Below, one piece after another: positions 11,922 through 26,487 of a DNA stretch of 64,000 nucleotides. Made by a program: the position numbers and the translations under genes. The DNA comes from Ptychomitrium polyphyllum (lineage: Eukaryota): contig OZ316775.1 of the NCBI GenBank assembly GCA_973851085.1, forward strand, positions 18,600,001 to 18,664,000. The letters run 5' to 3'. The notes beneath the pieces were generated by a model. That model worked only from the letters and a program-made list of their open reading frames with translations. It was not told the origin of the DNA and ran no database searches. Numbering within the stretch: position 1 is the first letter of the stretch; each line of letters starts with the position of its first letter.

Positions 11922-14900
11922 ATGAGCAGGAGCAAGAAGCATGGGCATGTGCGCGAGTGCTCGTCTTCGGCGGAGGAGCAAGCGTACATCGACATCTCCG
12001 ACGACTCCGAGGAGCTGGGCACCGCGGACCTCACGCTCAGCATCCTCGCCAAGGCCGAGAAGCGCAAGGTGGAGAGGCGGCAGCGCAACCTGCTAGACTA
12101 TGGCGCCCGACGGGAGGTCGTCATTCTGGAGTCGGAGGAGGGTTCTGGGCGGGAAGAGGCCGGGGGCGCTGCGCCTCTGCTGGAGGAGCTCGAGGAGGGC
12201 GAGCTCAATGATGCGGGTGAGCCTGAGGCCGAGGGCGAGGTCGAGCGTGAAGCTGCGGTGACGATGTCGGGGAGGAAACGAAAGAAGAAGAAGGAGAAGC
12301 GGAAGGAGGTGGGTTTTTCTTCTCTCGTTGAGTGTTCTGTTTTGGTATTTGCCTTTTTAATGCATTATAAACCCTAATAGTTGCCGAAGGGTAAGTTTTA
12401 GAAAACTATTTTTTAAAAATCCGAACTACTGTAGTGTTGGGAACATTATCAACATTGAATGTAACTTTTGTCCTGAGTAAATATATTGAGAAATCAAGTT
12501 TTTTGTTTTTTGCCCTAATTTCACTAATTTCGCATGACAACAATTCACCTTATTTGGGATTATTATTTGGAATGAGGGGAGACTATGTTTGTGCACCTCT
12601 TCTGTGGATTCCAAGTTTGTCTCCAAGAGGCTTACGGTTAGGGAGATCTCAATATTGGTCATAAACAAAACAGACGAACTAAACACCAAACTTTAAATTC
12701 ATGGCAGAGTTTTTATCATACAGGGTTTTTATCATACAATCATTGTTTTCTGGGTTACATCGGGATTATGCCGAAGAGATCATGTTTGTATTAATGTTTT
12801 TCTTTGGCTATGAATTCTTGATGAGGTTTGGTTCAAGGATCATTTCTTTTCATTGATTCAAAGAAATTGCACTGATATCAGTGATACTCTAAGTATTCTT
12901 TTGTGTCACGTGTGTTCTTTTAACTTTAAGTTATAACCTTAATATCAAAGAAAAGATAGTGTGCAAGTTTTTTGTCCTGTAAGCTGTGGTTTTTTGTGTG
13001 GAAGAATCTGGAGTTTTGTAGGAAGTCGTATATTTATCAACTGGTACTGAGTTTGTCTCACTCTTCGGAATTATTGTATTCTTGAGGATGTTGTTAGTTT
13101 GGAAGACGGATACAGTATGAGTGATGGGCAAAATGCACTTTTGTAATCGAGAGTATGTTTTGTGTTCATCTGAATTTGAACTTCAAGCGAACGAAGCAGT
13201 AATAGATATTTCGCTCGATATGCAGGCAAGTGCAAGGGTTGTGAACATGGAGGACAGTAAACCTGAATTAGACGAGTTAGCAGAAACGAAGCTTCAAGAT
13301 GCTGAAGGAAGTCTTGCTATGCGGAAGCTGCTTGTAAGCTTACATTTTTTGACTAAAGTTGGGGAAGCCATAATTTTCTCGATCTTTGAATGGGACAGGA
13401 GTTGTAGACCGTAGACGTAGTGCACAACGCACATCTTAGTTGCATAAGACACTGAATTGTAAGACTTTGATGTGTCGAGTGTGAGAAGCGTACCACGTTC
13501 AATGTTTGAAGAAGTTACTGTAGTTATCTTTTTACTCGATGTGGATTTGCGGTTGTGATCTTAAGAGCCGCTCTCTGTGGTGTAGCGGGGCCCTCGGTAT
13601 TTCGATCCTCCCGAAGAGCAAGGGGAGACGTGCTTTAGCTGCGGTCAAATAGGTCATCGAGCAGCAGGCTGTACTGAGCAGCCACGGCAGAAGCCTTGTT
13701 ATGTATGCGGGAACTTCGGCCATGATGGCTACGATTGCCCTGAGGTACGTCTTCCTCAATCTATTGAATTTTAAGTTTCTTTTTTGGGTTTAATCCCTAC
13801 AATAGTTGCAGGATACGTCTATTTGCTGCAGTAGAGCTTTTAATGTGCAGAACGATGAGATGTATGCTGAGTGTTTTTGGATGTGCAGAAAACAGAGTGC
13901 TTTGAATGTGGAAAGAGTGGCCATGTTGCCAGAGTCTGTCCAAACAAATATTCCAAGTCTCGCAGTAGCACTGGACAATGCCTTCTTTGTGGTAGATTAG
14001 GCCACGACGCATCCTCTTGCTCTGGAGAATATGACCCTGACGACTTAAAGGTGTTTTATTTGCTCCTATGCTCTTTTTTTGGCAAATCAGTCCAGCTGTT
14101 CAAGTTGGTGCCTTCTGATCTGTAGTGGTATTAGACTTTTTCCTGTCCGATTTGTTTAAGGGTTGGTGACACCTGATTTGTTGCTTGCTGGTTCAACTCT
14201 TATCTATAAGTTTATAAATGGGGGGTTACACTTTTACAGCAAGTGTGCTGCTACATCTGCAAGCGATCAGGACATTTGTGTTGCATTGAAGTCGTGGACG
14301 CGTCTCCAACTCCTGTAACTTGCTACCAGTGTGGTGATCTGGGGCACATTGGAGTGGTAAATGTTTCACTAGACCTTCGTGAGAGTTTTTTGTAAACCTG
14401 ATTTGTTGTTGAAACTGAGTTGAAAAACCTTCTGGATGTACCAGGGGTGCAATAAGCAGAATGCGGATAGAGGAGATAAGACTTTATGCTTCAAATGCGG
14501 TCAGGAAGGTCACTTTGCTCGAGATTGCCACCAGATGAACCGAGACTATAATAATAAGCAGGTTCGGGTTTCGAACCTTGATTCTTTTTCCGTTTTGGGA
14601 TTTACTACCTTTATGGTAAATGATGGACCGAATATTTTTCTTAATCTGCATGATCACAGAAATTGTGTTTTGAAACAAATGTTAAAATTGTATTAAAACG
14701 AAGTAATTAAGATTCAGGTGTAGATATTTTATAGGCTCCGTTTCTAAGTTTTCAAAAGGTTTCATAATGATTATGGTCTGTGTTTCTTTTTGTTTTTGCA
14801 ATTCCAATTCAAGGCAAATATGTAATGTTACACATAAATCAGTACTCAAACTCGAAACAATATGTGACTGCAAATCAGTCATAAAGCACGTGAAAATCAA

Positions 14901-15257
14901 TAGTTTAGCTACTTGTTTTGGTGACTCTCATGATATACGTGATTGCTTTTTCTTGGTTTGCAGCGACGTCATTCATGGCCAGCACCTTGGCCTGCTGATA
15001 ATGGAAGACATGGAGATCGAGCACTTTGGGTTGTGGATAATGGTAGATATGGAGATCGGGAGTCTCCAGTTATTCCAGTATCTCGTATCAGATCACCTTC
15101 ATTTAAGAGCCGCCTGGAGCATGCGTCTTCTGGTAAATATAAGCAGTATGATGATAGTAGAAGGGGATCGAAGCGAAAACGGTATGAAGATGAGGATGAT
15201 AGATGGATAGCTAGGTCTACCGACAATCGTTGGAGGCGATCACGGGAAGGGGATTGA
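11922..15257 (+). CDS. CCHC zinc-knuckle protein, AIR1/ZCCHC7-like (putative TRAMP-type RNA-binding subunit)
   Basis: Exons 11922-12308, 13226-13333, 13586-13744, 13889-14050, 14240-14356, 14445-14561, 14964-15257, all GT-AG and in phase. Acidic N-terminus, NLS (RKRKKKKEKRK), LLRGPRYFDPP motif, seven CX2CX4HX4C-type knuckles (one variant, CYICKRSGHLCC) and an Arg/Asp-rich tail. Confidence 0.85.
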
Positions 15258-18200
15258 TTTAGTGAAGCTATTGTTGGGAGTGGGTCCTTATGAAGAGAAG
15301 ATTTTCAGCAGCATTAGAAATGGCTCGGGCACATCAAGATCACAAAGTCTGGTGCAGCATTCTCTGTGGCAGAACAATCTTCTCATCTTAGAACGAGCTT
15401 CAACCCTCTTGGCGATAATTTGCTTGATTTCGGAAGGTAAGAAACAACCCCCTGTTTACACTGTAGTTGTGATGAGCTTGTTGACAAGAAAGCAGATTGA
15501 GCTGTTTTGCTTACGCAGCGTGTATGGCGTAGTGTCTAATCTGCACCCCATGATGATGCACAGTACATTTTAATTGGGTGACAAGTGAATTTTACGCCTG
15601 TCTTGACACTGATGAGAATATTCCTCACACTGCTGGCAGCACAATTACCTCTTGGGAGTTCATATTTGGCCTTTGTTTCCGCAAATACTGGAAGTGGTGA
15701 GCTGCAAAGCTGCACAGGAGAGATAAATCATGATGTGACCATTTCGTGCTCAGGGAATCAAGATCTATTGAACCCGGCTTTGTGGGTGAAGAATATTGTT
15801 ACCAGAAAGCAATGGACCTTAGAACAGTACCATGCGATAGACCATGTACAGTACGGATTCCCAGTCAATGTGGTTACAGGTTCAGTGGAATGGGAAGGAA
15901 ATTATGTGAGTCTACAAAGAAGATCCTGTAATGGTCTTCTTGAAATGATGCTGTCTAATAGGACATGATGTCACCTAGCTGCATAATGTCACACCACTCC
16001 AAACTATATAACAGTGACGAGCGTTTTTCCTGTCACGAAAAGCCATAGTGCACTGCGTCCAGATGTACTGTGGCATATGTTTGTATAGATTTGGTTGACC
16101 ATGGTAGCTGCAAGATTCACCTCACAGCTATACACACAATGGCTGCAACATGATGGGACACTTCAAAACTTTAGTAAAGTGGCACTCACGGAGTCAATCA
16201 TCTGGTTCGGAGGTTATAACATGAATTACGAAGGCAACTGCTGTAGTGAGTTGTCTTTGATCAATGTCATTGTCAATGTGGTTGCGATAAATTTCAAGTC
16301 AGACGTGTTTAGTAACGTGTTTGATTCCAGTGACTCGATAGAAAGAGTGTGACGTTGAATCAGCTGTTTTGATGTATTCACAATTCAAAAGTTGAACTTT
16401 TAAGAACATAGAGTGTTATTTATACCTCAGGGTGGAGCCCGCAGTCAACAGCTGTTTGACACCTTCTTTGCACACTACAGCGTGACTGCTTCAGCACCAA
16501 AAGTTCTTGCATTAATGTTCGAGAAATCTCTAATGAATGCTACAGTTGTACTAAAAAAGTGTGTTTAGTTCAACCTAATCCTGTACTATATAGCAAGGTA
16601 CCTAAATCTACAAGAATCTTCAAATCTGGGTTTTGCCAAATACGGTGCTCTGGTGGGCTGCCAAAACGCTGGAAAATGATTTGTGGTTCTATTCCAGAAA
16701 TTTTTATGGGTCACTACAGGAGTGCATCAAAATTCAACCGTTCGTTTCATCAATATAATGCTGAGTTACTGGATGCCATAAGAATTATAATGTTGAACCG
16801 GTATTTTCAACATGGTAGAGTGAGCTGAGCTCTTGCTAGATTTAAATCCGTAACTTGTGGGTTTTTGGAAAAGGGTACAACTCTACATGCTAAGCGAGCC
16901 CGCACACTGATTATTTTCATTAGTGAAATATGCGATGCATGCACGACGTCGACGAAGAAAATCACGGTAGGTTTAGAATGGAAATCCCACTATATACCAC
17001 CTTCTGTTACACTGTATACCCTATTTGCAACAAAACGATGATAAGGCATATCTACGCAATAATAGATGGAAACACTTATGTATTAACCTACAATTGTTGC
17101 TTAAGACGGAAAGTGGGGATTCTGGTCACATGAGCAAATACATTTGACATGATATCATACATGCCATTCTGATCTTGCAATAAACTCATCTCTATTTGTG
17201 TTTAAAAATATGAGTTCAGAAGGGAATGGCTAGAAGAGGAAGTGAGCCCTGAGGACTTGCATACTTTACTCTTTTTGCGACAAGCTCCTTCTACAGGGTA
17301 ACAATCTGCATAAAATAGAAGTAGTATTGTGGCAGCAAGGCCATTGGGTTCACTGCTGTTTCTCTATTGAGTAACAATTACAGAGCAAAAGAAAACCTAG
17401 GACCGAGTAAATCACTTTTCAACTTTCAACTGCTTCAGTTTGGTTTCAACTTAAATCCTGGCTTATGAGTTCAATTCTATTCTATTCAACATATCACAGG
17501 ACTTGGCTCAACACTACCTGCCAGGTCGCCCCCAGCAGTACCTCAGTTGACAAAAGAAAAAATATCCATCAGAGCGCCAAAAAGGCCTTGTGCAAAATAT
17601 TCTACACGCCATTCAGTCCACTTATTGATCCAAGTCATTTCTCTGTCTTGTGGGTCCACAATAAAACTCAGAACTCAGTGGACAGCAAGATGAAGCCTTC
17701 CTTCACCTTTCCAAGCATGGTGAACCCAGATGGTCGAAACCGATAGGGCCATGAGTCACAAACTCTCTACTCCCCCGTTCACTGCAGAATCCCAGCTCCA
17801 TCCCAACCCCTCTGTCTACGTGTCAAATAAATCCGGCTCAATAGAAGACCAGGTCAAAAAGACACATTAATCTGTCCAGTTCCAATGCTGATCCTCATTT
17901 ATGATACCAATTACTTCAACTCTCAGACTTAGCGGAATATTCCTTCTCCCACTTTCGAATTACAACACATATACCGGTATACATCGGTCACTTACCTTTT
18001 GGAAGTATTTTTGTAGGATACGTGACCAAAGTGTGACCTGTTAGCCCATAAGTCACTCCTGTGACGAAGCGGCTGTTGCTCACCCCAAAAATAATTTTTT
18101 TTCTTCAAGGTCAACAATAATTAAGAATTGAGCAATAGGCGAAAGAGAGAGAGAGCTGGCAGCCAACCCAAATGTAGAAGGGCGAAGGAGTGAAAATGGC

Positions 18201-19382
18201 AGCAAAAGGAGGGTTACGAGTAAGTTAATGGTCTCCACATAGAAGTGCCACAATCTTCTCACAGGGTCTCGGACCGGTGACCAGTGTTAAGGGCAAATAG
18301 TGGGGACGGGCACTGCATGGAAGCAGACACTTAACCTTAGAATACCTTGAACATGCAGATTCATCACGAGCCTAGTATGTCTATAAGGGACACTAGACTG
18401 GGGTTGGGAACCATATGAAGCGCGTGTGATTGTGGTCTCATCACAGGAAAGGCCCCAGGCAGTTGGGAAGCTGCCGGCACCTGGTTTGCTTACCATCTGG
18501 GGCCCGTCGTTCCTCAAAGGACTCGATCGCTTGGACCTGGACAGTGGACAGGAAGAAACGGACCAAATCTGCTGCATGCGTGCCTCAGCTTTCCCATTGC
18601 TGTACTGCCCCACCGCCTCTCCTCTCTCCCTACGCTTCGACTTCTCCTCCAAAGCTTCACAAATTTACCAGCTCCACTTTCTGGCTCTGCTGCGTTCCAG
18701 GTTCATTAGTTACGAGTGACGGATCGTGGTGGTGATTTGAGTTGAGTTTCCGCCGGGCTGCATGCTTCTGGGAGAGAGAGACGAGTAGCAGACTGAGAGA
18801 GAAGATGATGGTTGCGGGTGTGGGTGAATTACCAGTGATAGTGTTGATTCGAGATTTGGCGAATTTACTTTGTCATAGGAGTTGTGAGTTATTGGCGACG
18901 AGTTAGCCTGCGTTGGAAAGAACATCCACGGGGTGACAGCGAGTGGGAACGTCGATTGATAGGGCTTATTGGCGCTCTGCCTTCTGCGTAACTGCTCGTG
19001 CGGCTCTTGAAGAGGAAGAATTTGTTCCATGGAAACCTGGGACTCGCTGGAGGTGTGAGAGGAACCGACGTCATTGATCTTGGCATTGCAGCGGATGTTT
19101 TGCATTTTCAAGTATTGACGTATTCACTGCTTCAGCTAAAGTGCAGAACTTTTCACACGATTTGGAGGACATGTCACAGGATTTCATGATATGTGGAATT
19201 TGCCAGACTGGAGCTTACACATTGAGCCCACCGTGTTGAGAGTTGGAAGCTGGACAAATTGAGCCCCTCGTACGATTTGAGAGTCATGCGGCGTGTTTGC
19301 ACCGAGGAGAATTTAAGTTTGATCATTGTCCTTCCACAGAGACGAAAGAAAATTTCTCTTGCTTGTTTTAGAGAAAGTTAAC

Positions 19383-22300
19383 ATGGCAGAGCATGCAAGG
19401 CGGTGTCTGAGCCGGAGAGCGCATCCGACTCTTCTGACAGGTCTGATGCTGCTGGCCACCGTGGTGGTGCTCCTCCAGTACAACTGTAATAGCAATGGCC
19501 AGACTTACTCGCTCCTGCACAACTCGGGTGTGGACCGCCTGGTCACCCGCCGTGCGAATTCTGCTCTGTATAAGTTGGACGTCTTGACGCCCACCAAGGA
19601 GCGTCCTTACACCGTCCTCACTCAATCAACCTCGCAGTCGGTCGCCAGCATCGAGAATGTCACCATTGAGAGCCTCGAGAAGAGCCATTTCGTGCCTCAG
19701 GAAGCTGTTCTCCCAGCTGCAGAGCCGAAGACATCGCACTTCATGGCGGTGGAGCCTGAAGCCTTGGAAACTCAAGATACAGAAGTTTATAGCAACTTCG
19801 ATACGAAGACCTCAGATTCGCAGACGGTAAATGGAACAAAAAGTGTTGACAAGGAGGGATCAAGCTTCATTAAAGCCATGGGCGAAGTCTCAGATTTGGC
19901 GTTGTCCGAGCAGGTGGTTGCAGAGGAACCCAGTAATAGGGTTGAGACAGAGAAGGTGGAAACTGCGAAGGATTTCGATATCGCTGGTTCATTTGCTCCA
20001 AGTGGAAGAGATCTGGGGGATGACCTTCTCCTGGCCTTGCATCACACTCCCAGTGATTTGATTAGGCCGGTTCCTGTGTCGGGCTCTGATTTCCCCCAAG
20101 TTGGGAAAGACGAGCAAGACAGCGAAGTCGTGGAGCTTGCAAGCGTAGAGAGCTCAGTTGCGGACACAGATGTTAAGCAGAAGTTGGTGGAAATAGAGTC
20201 TGAAGTGGTTCACGGGGCAGGTACAGACGCCCTCGAGAGCGCTGACAATAACCGCGAAAGACTTCGACATCTCATCACAAACTCCCCTTCGACGTTGAGT
20301 CCAATTGCGACGTCTGTGGAGATCCCTGTCCAGGTGAGCTTGAGAAGAATACCCACTTACGTACTTTGCATAGTCGTTGAACTATGCAATTCCACCGCCG
20401 GGCTGGCCTTCATTGACGCAGTTGTTGATTGAATAAAGCTGATATCACTGGAAAACGTTTCTAGAGCCGATACCATAATTCGGGGCAGAAACTCTGAGAT
20501 TTGCTGCTCCTTCCGCAGCAAATATTGTTCTTGCTGTCATGTGCACACTTCAAATTTCGCCTTCACCTAAGCTGAAGTAGATAGCATCAAAGTTCAGGGT
20601 CTGAAGAGGCTTTCACAATTGGAAACTGACACGAGAAAGTTTGAAACAGGTCCAAAGGCAAGAAACTGAGATCCCTGATTTCACAGAGCAGATTGTGGGC
20701 TCATCTCCGCTCCCTCAAGCCTCTCCAAAACCGAAGGTACTGAATCCATGTCGGACTTTGTCTCAGAACCGGCTTTGCCACTATTTTCTGTAGTTTGTGA
20801 GAGGAAATGACCATGTCCCTCGCTCATTTACAGTAAGAGCCTGCCTTGGTTTGCCATTACCCAGAAATTGGGACTATACTCTTTGATTCCACATAGGCTT
20901 ATTTCACGTGGAGATCGCTCGTTCCCGTCCAAGAGATTCGATATAAAGTTTTTCAACTCTCAGAGATATTGCTGTTGTTCTCACTGGACGTAGAGTGGCC
21001 CATTTCTCTCCTCTGAGAATCCAAGACTTAAGAACGACGCAACCTTCAGTCACGTGGTTCGATATTCGTCTGTGTAAAATTGTCGATTAAGCTTTCTAAC
21101 GCGTAGCTCGTGTTACAGGAATCAAAACCGGATACAATTTTCCACAAGCTGCAGGCTTGCAAACAGGTGATAGATGAAGCCACTCGAGACTCCGCCGATC
21201 TGAGTTTATACAGAGGAATCTACAAAAACGTTGCTGCCTTCTCCAAGTAAGATCCTCGACTTCACATTCTTCAATAGTCTCCCCATGATAGATGTTGATA
21301 AAATCATAAACGAAAAAGATTAGGGTTTCTCACACAGTGCACGGTGATCAATCCGCACAGGAGCTATGAGCTCATGGAGAAGGTGTTCAAGGTGTACATA
21401 TACAGAGACGGCCGCCAACCACTGGTTCACACAGGGCCCCAGATCGGAATCTACGCATCGGAGGGGCAGTTCATCGAGCGCATGAAGAGGGCAAGCGAAT
21501 ATCTCACCATGGATCCTTCCCAGGCACACATGTTCTTCCTGCCATACAGCGTCCAGCACATGGTCGAAAATCTCTATGTGCCAAACTCTCACACCATGCT
21601 ACCGCTCGCTACATTCATCAAAGAATACGTCGACAGCATCGCTAGGCGGTACCCATTCTGGAACCGAACCCAGGGAGCCGACCATTTCTTCGTCTCATGT
21701 CATGACTGGGTAAGGCAAATTGAATCCACCTCCCACAATCTCTTACCAAAGTTACTCGCAAACTCTCAGCTTTTGCAAATTAAGTGTTGATGCAAGCCTA
21801 AAACAGAATTCACAAGCTCTAACTAGAAATCGTTGTGGTTGTTGGTTTGCTTAATCTCCAGGGCCCAGCCACAGCGCGAGACCACCCCACACTCCGCACG
21901 AACGCCATGAAGGTGGTATGCAACGCGGACCTCACCGAGGAGTTCGTGCTCGGCAAAGACGCATCACTCCCCGAGGTCTACATCCACAAGCATAGACCAC
22001 ACAGAAAATCGGTCCGGGGTTCGAAAAACTCAGTGCGAAGCCCCGAAACCGTGGGCGGTCCAGGGTGGGATAAGCGGCCTTACCTGGCGTTCTTCGCCGG
22101 GCAAATGCACGGCCGAGTGCGCCCCGTCCTCCTCGATCACTGGAAAGACAAAGACCCCGACATGAAGATCTACGAGGTTCTGCCAAAGGACATTGCGAGG
22201 ATCACCCCTTATGTCCAGCACATGAAGATGAGCAAGTACTGCATCTGCGCCGCGGGGTATGAGGTCAACAGCCCCCGCATTGTGGAAGCCATTTACTACG

Positions 22301-22602
22301 ACTGCGTGCCAGTGATCATCGCGGATAACTTCGTCCTCCCTTTCAGTGAGGTGCTCACCTGGGATGCGTTTTCTGTGACAATTCCTGAGAGTGACATTCC
22401 GAGGCTGAAGGAGATTCTAAATGCGATTCCGGAGAAAGACTACCGGAGCAAGCAAGTGAGACTGCGGAAGGTACGCCAGCACTTCGTGTGGCATGAGAAG
22501 CCGGAGAAGTATGATGTGTTCCACATGATCCTGCACTCCATCTGGTCGAGTCGGCTTGACCGGCTTGAGCAAGTTAGAGCACAGTCTGGTGAATTGTTCT
22601 AG
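19383..22602 (+). CDS. Exostosin-family (GT47) glycosyltransferase, type II Golgi membrane protein
   Basis: Exons 19383-20333, 20650-20736, 21119-21246, 21361-21709, 21862-22602. N-terminal TM (LLTGLMLLATVVVLLQY). Family motifs SYELMEKVFKVYIY, GIYASEGQF, WNRTQGADHFFVSCHDW, LAFFAGQMHGRVRP and GYEVNSPRIVEAIYYDCVPVII. Confidence 0.93.
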
Positions 22603-23356
22603 AAGTTTAGCATGTTCGTAGTTTGGCATAGATTAGGCTTACGAGTAAAGGCTGTAGTTGGATCTGAGCGTCTGGAATTTTGAACTTAAGTATGTGAGAA
22701 TTTTTAGGAAGAAGATTAGAATAGCACCCGGGATGAGATTCGTTTTTCTGGTAAACAAATCCAGGCGATACTCAAGAAAGGGTTGTACAATAAACTTCAA
22801 CACCTGATCATTGCGAAAACTGCAGTACTTGCTTACTCTCAGTCACCACCTCTTTTTCAATATGCACAAACCTTCGGACTGAACACGTACTAAAAAATGA
22901 TTGACGCACGTGACAAACGCTAAGTGGCATTATCCGCCATCGATTTAACTTCATTGCAAGGTTGCCAAATCGCAGCAATTACATTTTCTGAACAAGTTCA
23001 GTCGTAGATTGTAAATAATCCGGTAGAGAAAACTCCAATGAGAATGAACACGATTAAATGTACTCTTCGCCTCAATCGTACAAATGGTCTTGCAACCGAG
23101 ATTCAAAATCTATTCTATGAATTATGATTGCGATACTCATTCAAATTCGCCTATAAATGTGCCAAACAGGCAACATGCAGCGACCAAACAGTGCAAGTTG
23201 GTACTGCCAATTTCTAGAAAATAGTAATGAATATACCACCATAATCATGGCCCAAATTGCTGAACCAGAATGTCACCGAATTGTGCGTCAAAAACTACCT
23301 ATACATATCTGACCCTTTACTTCAATTTAAACGATTTCCGTGAACGTATTTGACGT

Positions 23357-26300
23357 TTATGGAGGTGAGTCCTCTTTCAACCTCCACCTGCTCTTCCGTG
23401 ACTGACGCCGACTACCTGCGGACTTCTTCAAGTAATCTGAATTTTCATCGAGAACCCCTTGATTCTGACTAGCATGAGAGTTTTCAGAATAAGTTCCCGA
23501 ATTTTCTAATGAGATTTCCCGCAATCTTTTACCTTCTGCCTGTAGGTCTTGCAATAACATTTCTGTTGTCCGAGTAGTAATTCCTCGCACATAACTCTTA
23601 AAAGGAGGAGGAGGCACTACTGCAGGTTGTACTACCTGCCAAGGAAACGCAGCATGACGCTTTCAAATTATAAAAACACTCGGACAAGATAATCACAGCA
23701 ACCGCTCCATACTAGAATCTGTAATACTTGTAGGGGTTTCAAAATACCTGCTGCAAAGAAACAACAGATGCCACTCTGTCTGCTACGCCTTCTGGAGTGG
23801 GGCTGCCCTCAGCATCGATGTAAAGAGGCTCAACTTTCCAAGTTCCATCGAACTGTTTCATGAAACCTTGCTTTGCGAGCCTGTAATTCATCTGCAAGTT
23901 TACCAGTCTACTCAACCACACTGACATGATACAGTTCTGCCATCTTGAGCACATCTACAATCTGAAAGTCCTTTTGATACACATTAACTAAAAACTCACA
24001 TGTTGCACATAAAAGTAAACCGTTTCCTGATTTCAGTAACCTTCTATAACTAATCAATCTTAAAAGATTACCAATGCACTAAAATGACTGAATTGAAGTG
24101 TACCATGCTCAAGAAATAACAAGAACAATGAGCAGGCCATAACTGGCTATGCATTTGAGCTCAACTCAGACATATATTTTATCCTAGAGGCTTACCATAC
24201 GCTTACGTCGGTCTTGGTCAACTAAAACACAGACGCTCAGTGTTCCAGAAAACCACAAAAATTTCCAGACAGCTGCTTGGTCTACCTCCACCAATTGTCT
24301 ATGCCCATCATCCTCAAGCACTTTGCGATAAATTACTTCCTGCGACCATCAAGCAGATGTGTCATCCATGAAGGAAAATGATCCTTCAAACTAAAACATA
24401 TAGATTTGAACGCTTGCCAAACAAACTGCATACCATATTGTTTCATAAATTCTATACCACACCTAAATTGCGAGGGACAAAGCAGCAGCATACAACCCAC
24501 CTGAATGTTTTTAAAGACCCGTTTATTTCCAGGATCTATCAAAATGTTCCACACTGCATCAGGAGGAAGCCCTATCTTGAACTGAGAATTCACTTCACAG
24601 AAGGCCTCCTTCGGCACTCTCACCTGCAGACAGTAGTATTTACTTTCGATAAGTCATCAATCCAATGTAGATACTTCTGGAGTCCATGGTTGATTGTCGA
24701 CCTGAGTAATATTCATACATACCTTGATTGTACCTCCCAACTAAAACAAACATCAACGGACTTAAACTTACATGCTAACCAACGTAATAAGTTATTATAA
24801 GCAGAAAGATGTGCTGGTAAATCGAGATCTGTGCCATTCAAACACTGACAAAGGTAGCATCTTTTAGATGTTTCTTATTTGAGTAGATCCCTGATCTCTC
24901 TAAACACATCTAAACTTGACTCTAGTGTGTGGCGGTTTTGGAGCAAACTGCAAAATACGAAATCCTTGGATAGGTGCTCTAACTCATTCTCCAGAACCTG
25001 TATTTAACAATCCTTAGGAAAACATCGAGCCATACACGGAATACTACAAGTAAAATGCTGATCTAAGCGTGAGAGTGTCTATACAATAAATGTGATGTAC
25101 CTCAAGTGCAGGTGTCTCATCTATCCATCTGCTGTTTCGCCTCCATGCCTCCATTTCTTGTTCCAAAGACCGTCCATTTGTTAAAGTTACCTCGTCTACT
25201 TCTTTCACGGGATTAGGTGCAATGCTGTTGTTTCCAAAATTAAGTTTCATTGGATGCATACCCTGTGTCCACTTCGACACTGATTGCTGCGCAACCTGGC
25301 ATGGCATCGTTGTACACGGAAACAAATTGAGTATAGTGAGCTTGTGCAGTGTTGACCGAAAACAAAGTGACGATTGAATATACGACACTTGAAAGGCAAC
25401 ATTTCAGGAACTAATTTTTGCAAAATGGCATATATTATCTAAATGCAGGAAAAGTCCAGTTATAGGTCCACCTCTAGATTTAATCACCGTTAACCAACCT
25501 GCTCTTATCAAAATGGTACTAGTGTCCATTAACATGCTAAGCATGTAATTCAAGAGTAGAATTTCGATCTCACATGAGAATACGTCCCATCAAAGGCATT
25601 AAATTTAGTCCATAACAACAAATTCTGTAATTGTCCCACACCAAAGTGCTACACGATTCGCAGTGATTTCAACTTTTTCTGCGTCCCGCCCAGTAGGACA
25701 ATCACAAACCAAAGCCTCCTTGAGACTTCGTTCTCTCTGAAACCTCGAAACTAACCGTAAAAGATCTACATCCGTCGCAGAGAGTTGAGCAAGCACTAAG
25801 GTGTGGTTTTACAGACGGAAGAATATGGATTGAATATAGATACACTCGATCAAACAAACTAAACGCATTCCACAGATTTGCATTCAACACTCTCCGCAAG
25901 AAAGTAACAAAAGGCTACAAATTTCAATACCCTAACTTCTAAACAGATTCTTGCAGAACGCGTCGACCGAGTAGCCGAACCACCAAATTAGATGAGCTGC
26001 ATCTAAACCATTTCATCATTGTTAAGAGCGCTTCAAACTCTTGAAAATGAATAACTAGTCGATCGAATGACAGTGGCTTTGAAGAGCTTCGAAATTGACT
26101 ACCATGCGATTGCCGCAATCCAGCAATGGACGCACAAAAACAGAGGAAAAGGCTATAAATCAGCACAAAATCTTGCAAAAGCAATAACCGAACAACTGAG
26201 AAACCAGATTAACTGCATCTGAACCAATCGACAACACTGAGAGTGCGTAAAACCCCTGACAATCAATAACTGGTAAAATCGAATGACAGTTTCTGTGCAG

Positions 26301-26487
26301 AACTTTGAAATTAAATATCATGCAATTACCGCAACGAAGCAATCGAAGGCTCCAGACAAAGAAAGAACAAAAGGCTTGCAATCGAACTGACATTGACTGC
26401 ATCGTTCCATCGGCTGCCAATCCACTCCGCAGCGCCCTTGGGACCGTCCATCGTCATCCTCGCGAACGGACCTTCTCCTCCTGCCAT
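23357..26487 (-). CDS. DUF220 / SRPBCC (polyketide-cyclase-like fold) domain protein
   Basis: Exons (-) 26487-26392 (least certain), 25295-25101, 24623-24501, 24339-24196, 23891-23748, 23635-23357, all phase 0. Motifs [43 protein letters not shown] and [14 protein letters not shown] match plant DUF220 proteins as I recall them. Confidence 0.85.

Noticed and set aside
11607..12211. ORFs 11607-11981 (-) and 11765-12211 (+)
   Set aside because: Shadow frames of the GC-rich first exon of the zinc-knuckle gene, with no protein-like features.
18287..19189. Several 60-130 aa ORFs upstream of the GT47 gene (possible uORFs)
   Set aside because: Mostly non-ATG starts or antisense, with no recognisable conserved peptide. 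Best explained as promoter/5' UTR sequence.
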